From Candidatus Liptonbacteria bacterium (lineage in GTDB: Bacteria > Patescibacteriota > Minisyncoccia > UBA6257 > 2-01-FULL-56-20), in assembly GCA_023244895.1 (NCBI GenBank), contig JAHFLL010000001.1, positions 335,702 through 399,701 of the forward strand: DNA of 64,000 nucleotides, given 5' to 3'. Positions 8,601 through 16,917 of the stretch are shown here, one piece after another (the stretch's first letter is position 1; every line of letters begins with the position of its first letter). Position numbers and translations under genes: made by a program. A model generated the notes under the pieces. The model did not search any database and had not been told where the DNA came from. It saw only the letters and a program-made list of their open reading frames with translations.

Positions 8601-11292
8601 ACTGCCTTTACCCGAAATAGAAAGAGAGCTCAACACGGACTACCGCTCTGGTTTAACGTCTGAGGAAGCCAAGGCGCGCCTTGCGCAAGATGGTCCAAAC
8701 GAACTACCAGAAGGAAAAAGAGAGGGCTGGCTCCGGATATTTTTGCGCCAATTTGAGAGTCCGCTTATATACGTACTTATTGTTGCGGCAATAGTTGTTT
8801 TTCTGTTGGGAGAAATAATAGACAGCCTACTGATAGCTATAGTTTTATTATTCAACGCTCTGGTGGGCGCGATTCAGGAGGGTCGCGCGGAAAATACTAT
8901 GCTCGCCCTGCGTCGTTTCACTACTACTAGCGCAACAGTTATTCGGGACGGTAGGGAGATGATAATTTCGGACCGGGAGGTCGTGCACGGAGACATTATC
9001 TTGTTGCATGAAGGAGACAAGGTTCCCGCGGATGCGCGTCTCATAGAGGCGAACACTTTGCGCTCCGAAGAAGCTTCCATTACGGGAGAGTCCCGACCAA
9101 TTCATAAAGATCCGGAATCTTCTCCGGACCAGTACGCCCCGATCTCCGCGCAGACCAACATGGTTTTTAAGGGCACGGGCATAGCGAGCGGTAGGGGCAA
9201 GGCAGTGGTTACCGCGATTGGTCAGGGTACGTATCTCGGTCTAGTCAGCCAAACTATTTCCAAGATAGATACAGAAATTCCCCTGAGGCGCAACATCCGT
9301 AAGTTTTCGGAATATCTTATCTGGGGTATTGGAATTTTTAGCGTTGGCCTGTTGGGCCTGGGAGTGGCGATGGGCCGCCCTTTGGCAGAAATGTTTTCGG
9401 TTACGGTTTCACTCGCGGTTTCCGTGATACCGGAAGGCCTGCCAATCGTCCTGACTCTTATCTTGGCGCGCGGCGTGTGGCGAATGGCTAAGCGCAACGC
9501 ACTCGTCAAAAAACTGCAGGCGGTAGAGGCTTTGGGCGAAGCAAAAATTATAGCGGTTGATAAGACTGGAACCCTGACGCGCAATGAGCTCGTAATACAC
9601 AGCATATATATTGATGGCAAGATGTTTGATGTCCTGGGCACCGGTTACGAACCGAAAGGAGAGATTAAATTGAATGGCAATACGGTTACTCCAGGCAGTC
9701 ATCCAGAACTATTGTTGGCGGGCAGAATCGCCGCAGTTTGCGCCAATGCGCGCACCGCCTACTCGGAAGAAGAAAGCTCCTGGAGAGTCTCGGGCGATCC
9801 CACCGAAGCTTCCATGTTCGTGCTGGCTAGCAAGCTGGGATTTGACAAGGACGACGTGGAGCGGGAGACGCCGCTAGTGGCGGAGATACCTTTTGATTAT
9901 CGCCTGAAATATCACGCTACCGCCCACGATATGGGTGGAGGGAAACAATTCATGACCGTGGTGGGCGCGCCCGAGTCGGTTTTGCCCCTGGGCGGTAAGG
10001 TTTTTGAAAATGGCAAGCCGGAGGAGCTAACTCAGGAGAAAAGAGAAAAAATAGAAAGCGTTTTTCACCACATGTCGCGGGCTGGCTTGCGAGTAGTCGC
10101 TTTTGGGTACAAGGAAGAGGGTCTGTCCCGTAAGGGAGACAATATAGAAGTTTCTAACTTGGTTTTGGCGGGATTTTACGGAATTCAAGATTCCTTGCGT
10201 CCGGAAGTTCCCGAGGCAATGTCGCGCGCCCGCGCGGCGGGCATAAGAGTAGTTATGATAACAGGCGACGCCAAGCTAACCGCGGTAGCCATCGCCAAAG
10301 AAGCGGGTATTTGGAGCGCGGGCGACGAGGTTCTAACAGATGAAGATTTGGAACACTTGTCCGAAAACGAGTTACAACAGCGCATTCGTCGCACCAGTGT
10401 TTTCGCGCGCATTACTCCGGAAAATAAAATGAAGATAATTGATGCTTACCGCAAGAACGGGCAAGTGGTGGCTATGACTGGAGACGGGGTAAACGACGCG
10501 CCCTCGCTTGTAGCCGCGGATTTGGGCGTGGCGATGGGTAAGATTGGAACCGAGGTGGCGCGCGAGGCGGCGGACATAGTTCTTTTAGATGACAATTTCG
10601 GTAGTATTGTTTCCGCGGTGGAGGAGGGCAGAAATATGTATGCCACGATTCAAAAAGTCATCCTTTTCCTTCTCTCTACTAGTTTGGGCGAGGTGCTGGT
10701 CATATTGGGGGCATTGATTTTGGGCTGGCCAATTCCGCTTTCTGCCCCGCAGATTTTATGGATGAATCTGGTAACTGACTCTTTTGTTGCTTTTGCTCTG
10801 GCGTTAGACTTAAAAGAAGAGGGTCTGTTGCAGGCCAGTCCGGTTCAGCGGGGAAGATTTTTAATAGACAGAACTTTTCTGGTTCGCATGTTTATTATGT
10901 CCGCAGTCATGACCTTTGGCGGACTTCTTTCTTTCGGACTGCTCTATTCCACGGATCTAGTTAAGGGCTGGACGATAACTCTCACGGTTCTGGCTATGTA
11001 TCAATGGCTGAATGGCTGGAACTGCCACTCCGCCACCCTCTCGGTTTTTGAGGAAGTTCCCTGGAAAAATAAATTTTTGGTTATCGGGGTTGGTTTAGCA
11101 GCGCTATTGCATATCGGAGCGATGTATACTCCCTTTATGCAAAAACTACTGGACATAACTCCGCTCAGCTTGGAAGAATGGGCTTGGTGCTTCGCGGTCG
11201 GATTCCTGATTGTCATATTTGAAGAACTTAGGAAGGGATGGCAAAAGAGGCCTCGTAGAAAGAAGTCAGGACTAATGGTCGGTAATCGATAA
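8587..11292 (+). CDS. Cation-transporting P-type ATPase (P2-type, Ca2+/Mg2+-like)
   Basis: DKTGTLT phosphorylation motif, PEGLP, TGDGVNDAPSL hinge; 901 aa. Confidence 0.9.
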   Translation: MIWHKLPLPEIERELNTDYRSGLTSEEAKARLAQDGPNELPEGKREGWLRIFLRQFESPLIYVLIVAAIVVFLLGEIIDSLLIAIVLLFNALVGAIQEGRAENTMLALRRFTTTSATVIRDGREMIISDREVVHGDIILLHEGDKVPADARLIEANTLRSEEASITGESRPIHKDPESSPDQYAPISAQTNMVFKGTGIASGRGKAVVTAIGQGTYLGLVSQTISKIDTEIPLRRNIRKFSEYLIWGIGIFSVGLLGLGVAMGRPLAEMFSVTVSLAVSVIPEGLPIVLTLILARGVWRMAKRNALVKKLQAVEALGEAKIIAVDKTGTLTRNELVIHSIYIDGKMFDVLGTGYEPKGEIKLNGNTVTPGSHPELLLAGRIAAVCANARTAYSEEESSWRVSGDPTEASMFVLASKLGFDKDDVERETPLVAEIPFDYRLKYHATAHDMGGGKQFMTVVGAPESVLPLGGKVFENGKPEELTQEKREKIESVFHHMSRAGLRVVAFGYKEEGLSRKGDNIEVSNLVLAGFYGIQDSLRPEVPEAMSRARAAGIRVVMITGDAKLTAVAIAKEAGIWSAGDEVLTDEDLEHLSENELQQRIRRTSVFARITPENKMKIIDAYRKNGQVVAMTGDGVNDAPSLVAADLGVAMGKIGTEVAREAADIVLLDDNFGSIVSAVEEGRNMYATIQKVILFLLSTSLGEVLVILGALILGWPIPLSAPQILWMNLVTDSFVAFALALDLKEEGLLQASPVQRGRFLIDRTFLVRMFIMSAVMTFGGLLSFGLLYSTDLVKGWTITLTVLAMYQWLNGWNCHSATLSVFEEVPWKNKFLVIGVGLAALLHIGAMYTPFMQKLLDITPLSLEEWAWCFAVGFLIVIFEELRKGWQKRPRRKKSGLMVGNR

Positions 11293-11321
11293 TCAATATC
11301 CTAGAGACGAGAAGTTAAGAT

Positions 11322-11792
11322 ATGCCGGAGAGCATAAACAAACATTTCAAAGCAAGACCAGGGCAAAGAGATTACACCCACGTTCGGGAAGCGCCAGTTA
11401 TAAACAGTGTTATAGAATGCGCCGGAGAAATATTACTAGTGCGTCGTAGCGATAAATTGGGGTTTTATCCTGGGCTATGGAGTGGAATCACGGGCTTTTT
11501 GGATGATGAAAAAAATCCAGAGAACAAACTGAAGGAGGAAATTTGGGAGGAACTTGGTATCGCAAGTGACAAGCTTGGGCCAATAGAATCTGCCCCTCCA
11601 TTTGAGACAGAGGACGCAAGGTATTCCAAGACATGGACGGTCTATCCTCTTAGGGCTGTCTTGTCTACCAAAGAGGTTAAGCTCAATTGGGAGGCGGAGG
11701 AATACGCTTGGATATTGCCCGAAAAGATTTATGAATACAATCTTATGCCCGGTTACGACAAGGTGTTTAGAATATTCTATCCGGAGCTGTAG
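11322..11792 (+). CDS. NUDIX-family hydrolase (divergent)
   Basis: GFLDDEKNPENKLKEEIWEELGI Nudix-like box. Confidence 0.5.
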   Translation: MPESINKHFKARPGQRDYTHVREAPVINSVIECAGEILLVRRSDKLGFYPGLWSGITGFLDDEKNPENKLKEEIWEELGIASDKLGPIESAPPFETEDARYSKTWTVYPLRAVLSTKEVKLNWEAEEYAWILPEKIYEYNLMPGYDKVFRIFYPEL

Positions 11793-11839
11793 TTGGGGCA
11801 AAATGGATAAAATGAGCGAGAAATGCTTTAATTTCAGCA

Positions 11840-12574
11840 ATGATTAAGATCTCTCGTTCTAAGCTAGAGTTATTTACAAAATGCCCGCGTTGCTTTTGGC
11901 TGGACGTAAAATATGGGGTTAAACGTCCTCCAGGCTTTCCCTTCACTATAAATAGCGCGATAGACTACTTATTTAAGCAGGAATTTGATATTTATCGCGC
12001 GGAGGGCAAGCCCCATCCAATTATGGTGGAGGCAGGAATAGATGCGGTGCCATATAACGGTCCGGAAATGGACGCCTGGCGGGACGCGCTAAAAAATGGA
12101 GTCATTTATCATGACCCGGAGAGCGATATTACCCTAAGAGGCGGAGTGGACGATGTTTGGATAAACTCGGCTGGGGAACTAATCGTAGTGGATTATAAGT
12201 CCACCGGCTCCGGTTCCGGCATTCCGACGGTCTACGACGAATATGTTCGCCAGTTGGAGGTTTATCAATGGCTACTCGCTAAAAATAATTACAAAGTTTC
12301 GCCGGTGGGTTATTGGGTGTACGCCCAGGCGGATAAGTCCCAAGGCTTTGGCCACGGCAAACCCATCTTGCCATTCAATCTTTATTTAAAGTCCGCGACC
12401 GGCAAGTGGGATTGGATTCCGGAAAAACTAATGGAAGCGAAGAAGGTATTAGAGATGGAAACTCCACCCGACCCAGGCGAGGAGTGTATGGCTTCCGGCA
12501 TACAGTCCTTTTGCAAATATCGCCAAGACTCTATGAGGGTCACCCGGGACGCGCTCCAGAAGGGAAAATCCTAG
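11840..12574 (+). CDS. Cas4-like PD-(D/E)XK nuclease with a four-Cys (Fe-S type) arrangement; no CRISPR array nearby
   Basis: N-terminal CPRCFWL, catalytic D...VVDYKS, QxxY, C-terminal ECMASGIQSFC. Confidence 0.6.
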   Translation: MIKISRSKLELFTKCPRCFWLDVKYGVKRPPGFPFTINSAIDYLFKQEFDIYRAEGKPHPIMVEAGIDAVPYNGPEMDAWRDALKNGVIYHDPESDITLRGGVDDVWINSAGELIVVDYKSTGSGSGIPTVYDEYVRQLEVYQWLLAKNNYKVSPVGYWVYAQADKSQGFGHGKPILPFNLYLKSATGKWDWIPEKLMEAKKVLEMETPPDPGEECMASGIQSFCKYRQDSMRVTRDALQKGKS

Positions 12575-12585
12575 AAAAGAAAAAA

Positions 12586-13059
12586 AGCGTGCCGATAATC
12601 CGTGGACTAAAGAAGATAATTTGGACGGTTCACTCCCGGCAAAAGATGCGCCAGTACGGTCTCTCCGAGGCGCGGGTTTTGCGCATAATTCACACACCCG
12701 CGCGAGTGGAGGATGGCGTCGCGGATAAGACGATTGCTTTTATGCAAAAGGCGGGCAGTAAGGCTCATCCCAACGAACTTTGGACTATGGTGCAGGATGT
12801 TGGACAGAAGAGGAAAATCATCAGCGCCTGGCGTTATCCGGGCGTGACCAAGCCCCGCGGGGAAGCGGCTATGAACTTTATCCGGGCAGAACTGGAAGAC
12901 TTCTTGGTCAAAGAAGAGGAGCCACCCAAACCTAAGCCTAAGCTCAAAAAATGGTTTAAGCCTCAAGCCAAAACAATGCCCAGGCAGCCCTGGCCCAAGC
13001 GTAAGTTCCAAAGTTTCCGTAACATAAAATTGGGAGACCAAAATAAGTCCGATGAATAG
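12586..13059 (+). CDS. Hypothetical protein with a Lys/Pro-rich C-terminal tail. The ORF track begins it at 12406, which overlaps the preceding gene; GTG 12586 is the more likely start
   Basis: The 12406 ORF overlaps 11840..12574 by 169 nt in another frame. The tail EEEPPKPKPKLKKWFKPQAKTMPRQPWPKRK is low-complexity. Confidence 0.35.
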   Translation, partial: SVPIIRGLKKIIWTVHSRQKMRQYGLSEARVLRIIHTPARVEDGVADKTIAFMQKAGSKAHPNELWTMVQDVGQKRKIISAWRYPGVTKPRGEAAMNFIRAELEDFLVKEEEPPKPKPKLKKWFKPQAKTMPRQPWPKRKFQSFRNIKLGDQNKSDE

Positions 13060-13194
13060 ACCCCATTATTGGATTTATGTAGCGATAGTACTCTTGTTTC
13101 TCTGTGCCTGGTTGCTTTGGACTTATTTTTATAAACCGGGCTTGATTTAGCGCAGGATTTTTCATCTCTAGCCCAGCGGAATATTTTTTCTCGC

Positions 13195-13400
13195 AAGAAG
13201 CTCTTGGAGACAATCTTCGCCTCTCCAGGTAAGTGGAGGCTTTCCCTTCGGGAGAAGCTTTCGGAGGCTAAATAAGCTAGGTATCGTTCAGAACGATTTA
13301 TTTAGCCGAGAAGCAGCGGGCAGCTTCCGCCGGAGAAGCTGAACCGCGGTTCTCTCGAAGAGAAAACCGCAGCGGAGTTATCCACAGAAATCTCTTCTCA
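13195..13400. other. Highly structured non-coding segment: stacked hairpins plus four GAGAAGC motifs; candidate ncRNA or island attachment/regulatory region
   Basis: GGCTAAATAAGC..GATTTATTTAGCC hairpin, CAGCTTC/GAAGCTG hairpin, CCGCGG..CCGCAGCGG pairing; no ORF. It is followed by a strong terminator at 13557-13590. Confidence 0.3.
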
Positions 13401-13556
13401 TGTCTCAGGCTTGCATTATCATCAAATTAATGAGCAATCAGACACCATCTTCCCACCAGTCGTATCTCATAATTACCCGTAACTATTTGTGGCTGTCTTT
13501 GGTTTTGTTTACTAAGGACGGTGGGGGAGGCTGATGTAATTTCACAGGATTTTTAC

Positions 13557-13590
13557 AAAAGCCCCCTCCCGCCGAGGGGGCTTTTGTGTG
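13557..13590. terminator. Bidirectional rho-independent terminator (GCCCCCTC-ccgcc-GAGGGGGC + TTTTGTGTG, A-run upstream)
   Basis: Read directly. Confidence 0.6.
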
Positions 13591-13676
13591 TCCGGGATTG
13601 ATTGCTAGTAATGGTAGGCAGTCCCGGGGACGCGAATGGGTTGCGTTCCAAATGCACCTTGAGAGGAGAGGGAGGG

Positions 13677-14036
13677 ATGGAGATAGAGTTCATCTGCACT
13701 GAGACGGACGAGGGCTTGCGCAAGCTCGTGGATTCGGACTGCTTCGTGGTGGCGCATGGTCTGGAATCCTTGCGCGACCCGAGGTTCGGTCCACTGGTTG
13801 AAGGGGAGCTGAGGGGTCTTCCGGTCGGTCCGCGACGGATCTATCTGAAGAGTGGCAATGGCACGCCGCCCGGCAAGACGATGCTGGTGCGGCTCGTAGA
13901 TGATCCCAGTCATCGCATTGATCTGGACCTGTATGCCACGGATGGCTGGGGCGTTATCTTGCCTGCGGGCATGAGTCCAGACCAGATGTGGAGGGTCATC
14001 ATCAAGGCGTTGTCCATTCTAGAAGTTCGGGACTAG
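13677..14036 (+). CDS. Hypothetical protein, first gene of the GC-rich island (ATG 13677 preceded by GGAGGG)
   Basis: High-GC codon usage, strong RBS gagaggagagggagggATG; no recognisable domain. Confidence 0.45.
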   Translation: MEIEFICTETDEGLRKLVDSDCFVVAHGLESLRDPRFGPLVEGELRGLPVGPRRIYLKSGNGTPPGKTMLVRLVDDPSHRIDLDLYATDGWGVILPAGMSPDQMWRVIIKALSILEVRD

Positions 14037-14225
14037 CGCGTCCCGCCTAGAGGCGCCATCTCTAACCTACCCCATAGTCTGTCGCGGGTCGTCCAAACGG
14101 GGACGACTCGCGGCACCAACTTGTTATCTGAAGACTGTTTATTAAAAGATAAATAGTCTTCAGATCGCAGGCAGCGATCTGATAAGCTGCGTCGGGCAGC
14201 TTACATAGCACCTTGAGGGGACCAT

Positions 14226-14450
14226 ATGACCGAAATCGCAACGGGCGGACCCACCTGGACCAGCGGCGCGAATACGAGCGGCCCCGGACGTTTCGCGGCC
14301 ATGAGTGCGGGAGAGAGGTATGCTCTCCCCGCATCATCCGTGGAGCGCGAGGGGCCGCTCGGAAGGGTTGGGCAGGAAGAGTCGGTCGGATCCGCTCCCG
14401 TCGGTCAGAGCGGAAGCCCGCGCGGGCGGCGGCTCGATAGCTGGGCCTAG
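14226..14450 (+). CDS. Possible small Gly/Ser/Pro/Ala-rich protein (74 aa) in the island; could be a frame artefact of GC-rich DNA
   Basis: ATG with gagggga 6 nt upstream and GC3 of about 70%. Competing ORFs exist in other frames. Confidence 0.2.
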   Translation: MTEIATGGPTWTSGANTSGPGRFAAMSAGERYALPASSVEREGPLGRVGQEESVGSAPVGQSGSPRGRRLDSWA

Positions 14451-14636
14451 GGGAGTATAGTCCTGAGAATATTTTGGGGGTCGTGAGAGTCTTCAGGCGC
14501 TCGCAAGTCACGACTCCCACCCCATTTATCAAAAATATGAGATTACTTTTAATCGCTAAGAAATATTATTGGTTTAGTTATGAACCTCTCACGAGAAAGG
14601 GGCTGTTTGAGTAACTGCGTATTTATACAAACAACC

Positions 14637-14667
14637 AAAAAACCTCTTTCTCGGAAGAGGTTTTTTG
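14637..14667. terminator. Rho-independent terminator (AACCTCTT-tctcgg-AAGAGGTT + TTTTTT), bidirectional
   Basis: Read directly, immediately upstream of the ligase genes. Confidence 0.55.
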
Positions 14668-14720
14668 TTCCTCTTTCGAAGTGTCGCCCCTTGAGAACTT
14701 AATACGGAAAGGACAGGGAC

Positions 14721-15479
14721 ATGCATCAGATACAGGACTTCTTGGCGAGTTTCCGTTTCCGGCCAGAGCTGGCCGGCTGCGTCGGCATCGAGAGGGAAAG
14801 GTTTCTCGTGTCGCCCGAAGGTGCGTTCGCGCCCAGGGCAGACGAGTTTCTCTCGGAGATGCGGGACGCGGCTTGGACGTACGAGCTGTCGCGCTGCCAG
14901 GTTGAAGACAGAACCAGGTCGGCGCGCGACCACTTCATCGTCAAGGCGAATCTGCTCTCGAACGACAACCGGGGCAAGTTCGTCGCGGCGAAGATCGGTC
15001 TTGGGCTCCAGACGCTGGAAGTGGCGCCCGAAAGCATGCCGCTCGACGTCTACCCGGAGCCCCGCTACTTGGCCATCGCGGAAAAGATCAGCCGGGAAAC
15101 GCTCTCGGCTGCATGCCGGGTCGCCGGCACGCACATCCACCTCGGGATGCGCAACATGGACGAGGCCATCGCGGCCTACAACCTGCTCCGTGCTGAGCTG
15201 GAGACGCTCACGCGGCTCGGCGATCATTCCGGCGGAGAGAGAATAAGGCTCTACCGGGCGATGGCGGGGAAGTGGAATCCGCCGCAGTACCGGGACGAGC
15301 AGGAGCTCTTCGAGATCGCGCGTCAGGAAGGATTCGCGGAGAACTCCAGAAACTGCTGGCATCTTATTCGGATAACTCAGAAGGGAACGGTGGAGTGCCG
15401 GATGTTCGGCGTAACCGTATTCCCGGACGAGATTCTGGAGTGGGTGTCGGCTGTAAGGCGCATCGCGAGGGGAGTCTAA
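14721..15479 (+). CDS. Compact glutamate-cysteine ligase family 2 (GCS2/YbdK-like) carboxylate-amine ligase
   Basis: VGIERERFLV (YbdK GIELEMQVV-like Mg site), ELSRCQVE, RVAGTHIHLGM (YbdK GQHVHVG), GTVECRMFG (YbdK GTVEVRVMD). High GC3. RBS ggaaaggacaggg. Confidence 0.6.
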   Translation: MHQIQDFLASFRFRPELAGCVGIERERFLVSPEGAFAPRADEFLSEMRDAAWTYELSRCQVEDRTRSARDHFIVKANLLSNDNRGKFVAAKIGLGLQTLEVAPESMPLDVYPEPRYLAIAEKISRETLSAACRVAGTHIHLGMRNMDEAIAAYNLLRAELETLTRLGDHSGGERIRLYRAMAGKWNPPQYRDEQELFEIARQEGFAENSRNCWHLIRITQKGTVECRMFGVTVFPDEILEWVSAVRRIARGV

Positions 15480-15483
15480 GAGT

Positions 15484-16797
15484 ATGAGTAACCCAATGCT
15501 CGACGCGTTCGACGCTCAAGCGGAAGATATCTGCTCTCGTAGAGACAGCTTCCGCGTATCCGCTCCGGCGGTCGTAGTCGGTCTCGAATCGGAAATCGCG
15601 CTATTCTCGGACGAAATCGAGCCGCGCGACATATCCCAATTGCGGGAAGAGATGATCCGCGAAAACGGAGAACTCGCCCACGAGCTCGGAGCCACTCAGC
15701 TCGAGTTCCGGACGTCGCCGGTCGATATTCTGGATCGGGGCATTGGGGCGCTGCAGGAAGAGTTGGCGGGGAAGTACGAACAGATTCGGAGACAGGCCGT
15801 AGCGAGAGATCTCTTCATTCTCCGCATCGGCGCGAATCCGTTCTACCCCATCCTGGGCGCGCCCCGAACCGATAAGCCGCGGTATCAGCTGGTGCCGGAC
15901 TTTCAGAACGTGAATCGGCGGGCGGGCATGGACACGACCATCGGGATGAACGGCACACGGGTTGACGTCGGAGACGCGGCCAGCGTGTCGTTGTTCCAGG
16001 CGCTCCACGTGAATCTGCAAGCAGATTCCATCCCGGACGCGGTGGACAAGCTGAACCGATCCCTCATGGTCAGCCCCTACGTCCTCGCCGCGGCGGGCAA
16101 CTCGCGCTACCTGAACCTCACGGACACGGGCCTCAATGAGGCGCGCATGGTCGTCTGGGAGTTGAGCCACGATACGCGGACTCCGGAGGAGTTGCGCCAG
16201 GGCGTCGGTCTCCGGATCGGCTTGCCGGAGAACTACTTCGGAAATCTGCGCGCCTACTTCAATCGGATGCGCAGGTATCCGTTCATCCTGGACGATCCGG
16301 CCAAGGCCTTCGGTATCGCGACTGGTCTGTCCTGGCTCGACGCGCGGATCAAATTCATCGGCAATCACGCGGTGGTCGAGTTGCGCTCCCTGCCCACCCT
16401 GCCCACTACCTCGCAGGAAGTGGCGTTCGTGTCGTTCTATCTCGGCCGGCTGTTCTACTCCCAGCTCTCCGGCGAGAACCTGCTCGACATTGCGATGGTC
16501 GAGGAGAACCGTCTGAATGCGATGCTCTACGGTCTCCAGGCTCGCTTCTGGTGCCATGCGGATGGGGGCGTCAAGGTCTTGAGCGGAACGGAGATGTTCC
16601 GCTCGGAGCTCGCCAAGGCGAAGTCCGGCCTGGGAGAGGTAGGACTATCCGCCGATGCTCTGGGAGAGATTGAGGATTGGGGAGAGCTCGGTTCTCCTTC
16701 GTCCCGTCTCGCCCAGAACCTCTCGGGATATGTCCAGGTCCCGCACTGCAAGATGGTAGATGCGCTGTGGCGCACCGGCATTCTGGACATGTGCTAG
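15484..16797 (+). CDS. Second, longer GCS2/YbdK-like carboxylate-amine ligase paralogue
   Basis: VVGLESEIALF, ELAHELGATQLEF, SLFQALHVNLQ, NHAVVELRSLPT correspond to the GCS2 motifs. RBS aggggag. 4-nt gap from the previous gene. Confidence 0.55.
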   Translation: MSNPMLDAFDAQAEDICSRRDSFRVSAPAVVVGLESEIALFSDEIEPRDISQLREEMIRENGELAHELGATQLEFRTSPVDILDRGIGALQEELAGKYEQIRRQAVARDLFILRIGANPFYPILGAPRTDKPRYQLVPDFQNVNRRAGMDTTIGMNGTRVDVGDAASVSLFQALHVNLQADSIPDAVDKLNRSLMVSPYVLAAAGNSRYLNLTDTGLNEARMVVWELSHDTRTPEELRQGVGLRIGLPENYFGNLRAYFNRMRRYPFILDDPAKAFGIATGLSWLDARIKFIGNHAVVELRSLPTLPTTSQEVAFVSFYLGRLFYSQLSGENLLDIAMVEENRLNAMLYGLQARFWCHADGGVKVLSGTEMFRSELAKAKSGLGEVGLSADALGEIEDWGELGSPSSRLAQNLSGYVQVPHCKMVDALWRTGILDMC

Positions 16798-16809
16798 TTC
16801 GCAGTTTGT

Positions 16810-16843
16810 GGCCCCCGGTACGTTTAACCGGGGGCTATTTTTA
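16810..16843 (+). terminator. Rho-independent terminator (GCCCCCGG-tacgtttaa-CCGGGGGC + TATTTTTA), closing the GC-rich island
   Basis: Read directly. Confidence 0.6.
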
Positions 16844-16917
16844 TCAATCTTCTTTTGCCGCAATTGTGACAGGCTCCACATCTTTTAAAAATAGTTACGA
16901 TATGAAATAATCTAATT

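Noticed and set aside
671-11216. Many 60-140 aa ORFs nested inside or antisense to large genes (for example 671..907, 1037..1237, 5172..5627, 9222..9641, 10185..10412)
   Set aside because: Fully contained within confidently identified genes (TspO, AEC transporter, Cys-rich protein, P-type ATPase); no independent signals.
11840-12574. Cas4-like gene as evidence of a CRISPR-Cas system
   Set aside because: No repeat-spacer array and no other cas genes anywhere in the 64 kb. Cas4-like nucleases occur frequently as solo genes.
12956-13213. Minus-strand ORFs 12956..13213 and 12963..13196 in the spacer before the structured region
   Set aside because: They overlap the 3' end of the 12586..13059 gene, have no RBS and have low-complexity translations.
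14062-14532. 156-aa Arg-rich minus-strand ORF inside the GC-rich island (other overlapping frames 14213..14440 and 14589..15362 were also seen)
   Set aside because: Typical alternative-frame artefacts of high-GC DNA. They overlap the well-supported plus-strand ligase genes and have no RBS.
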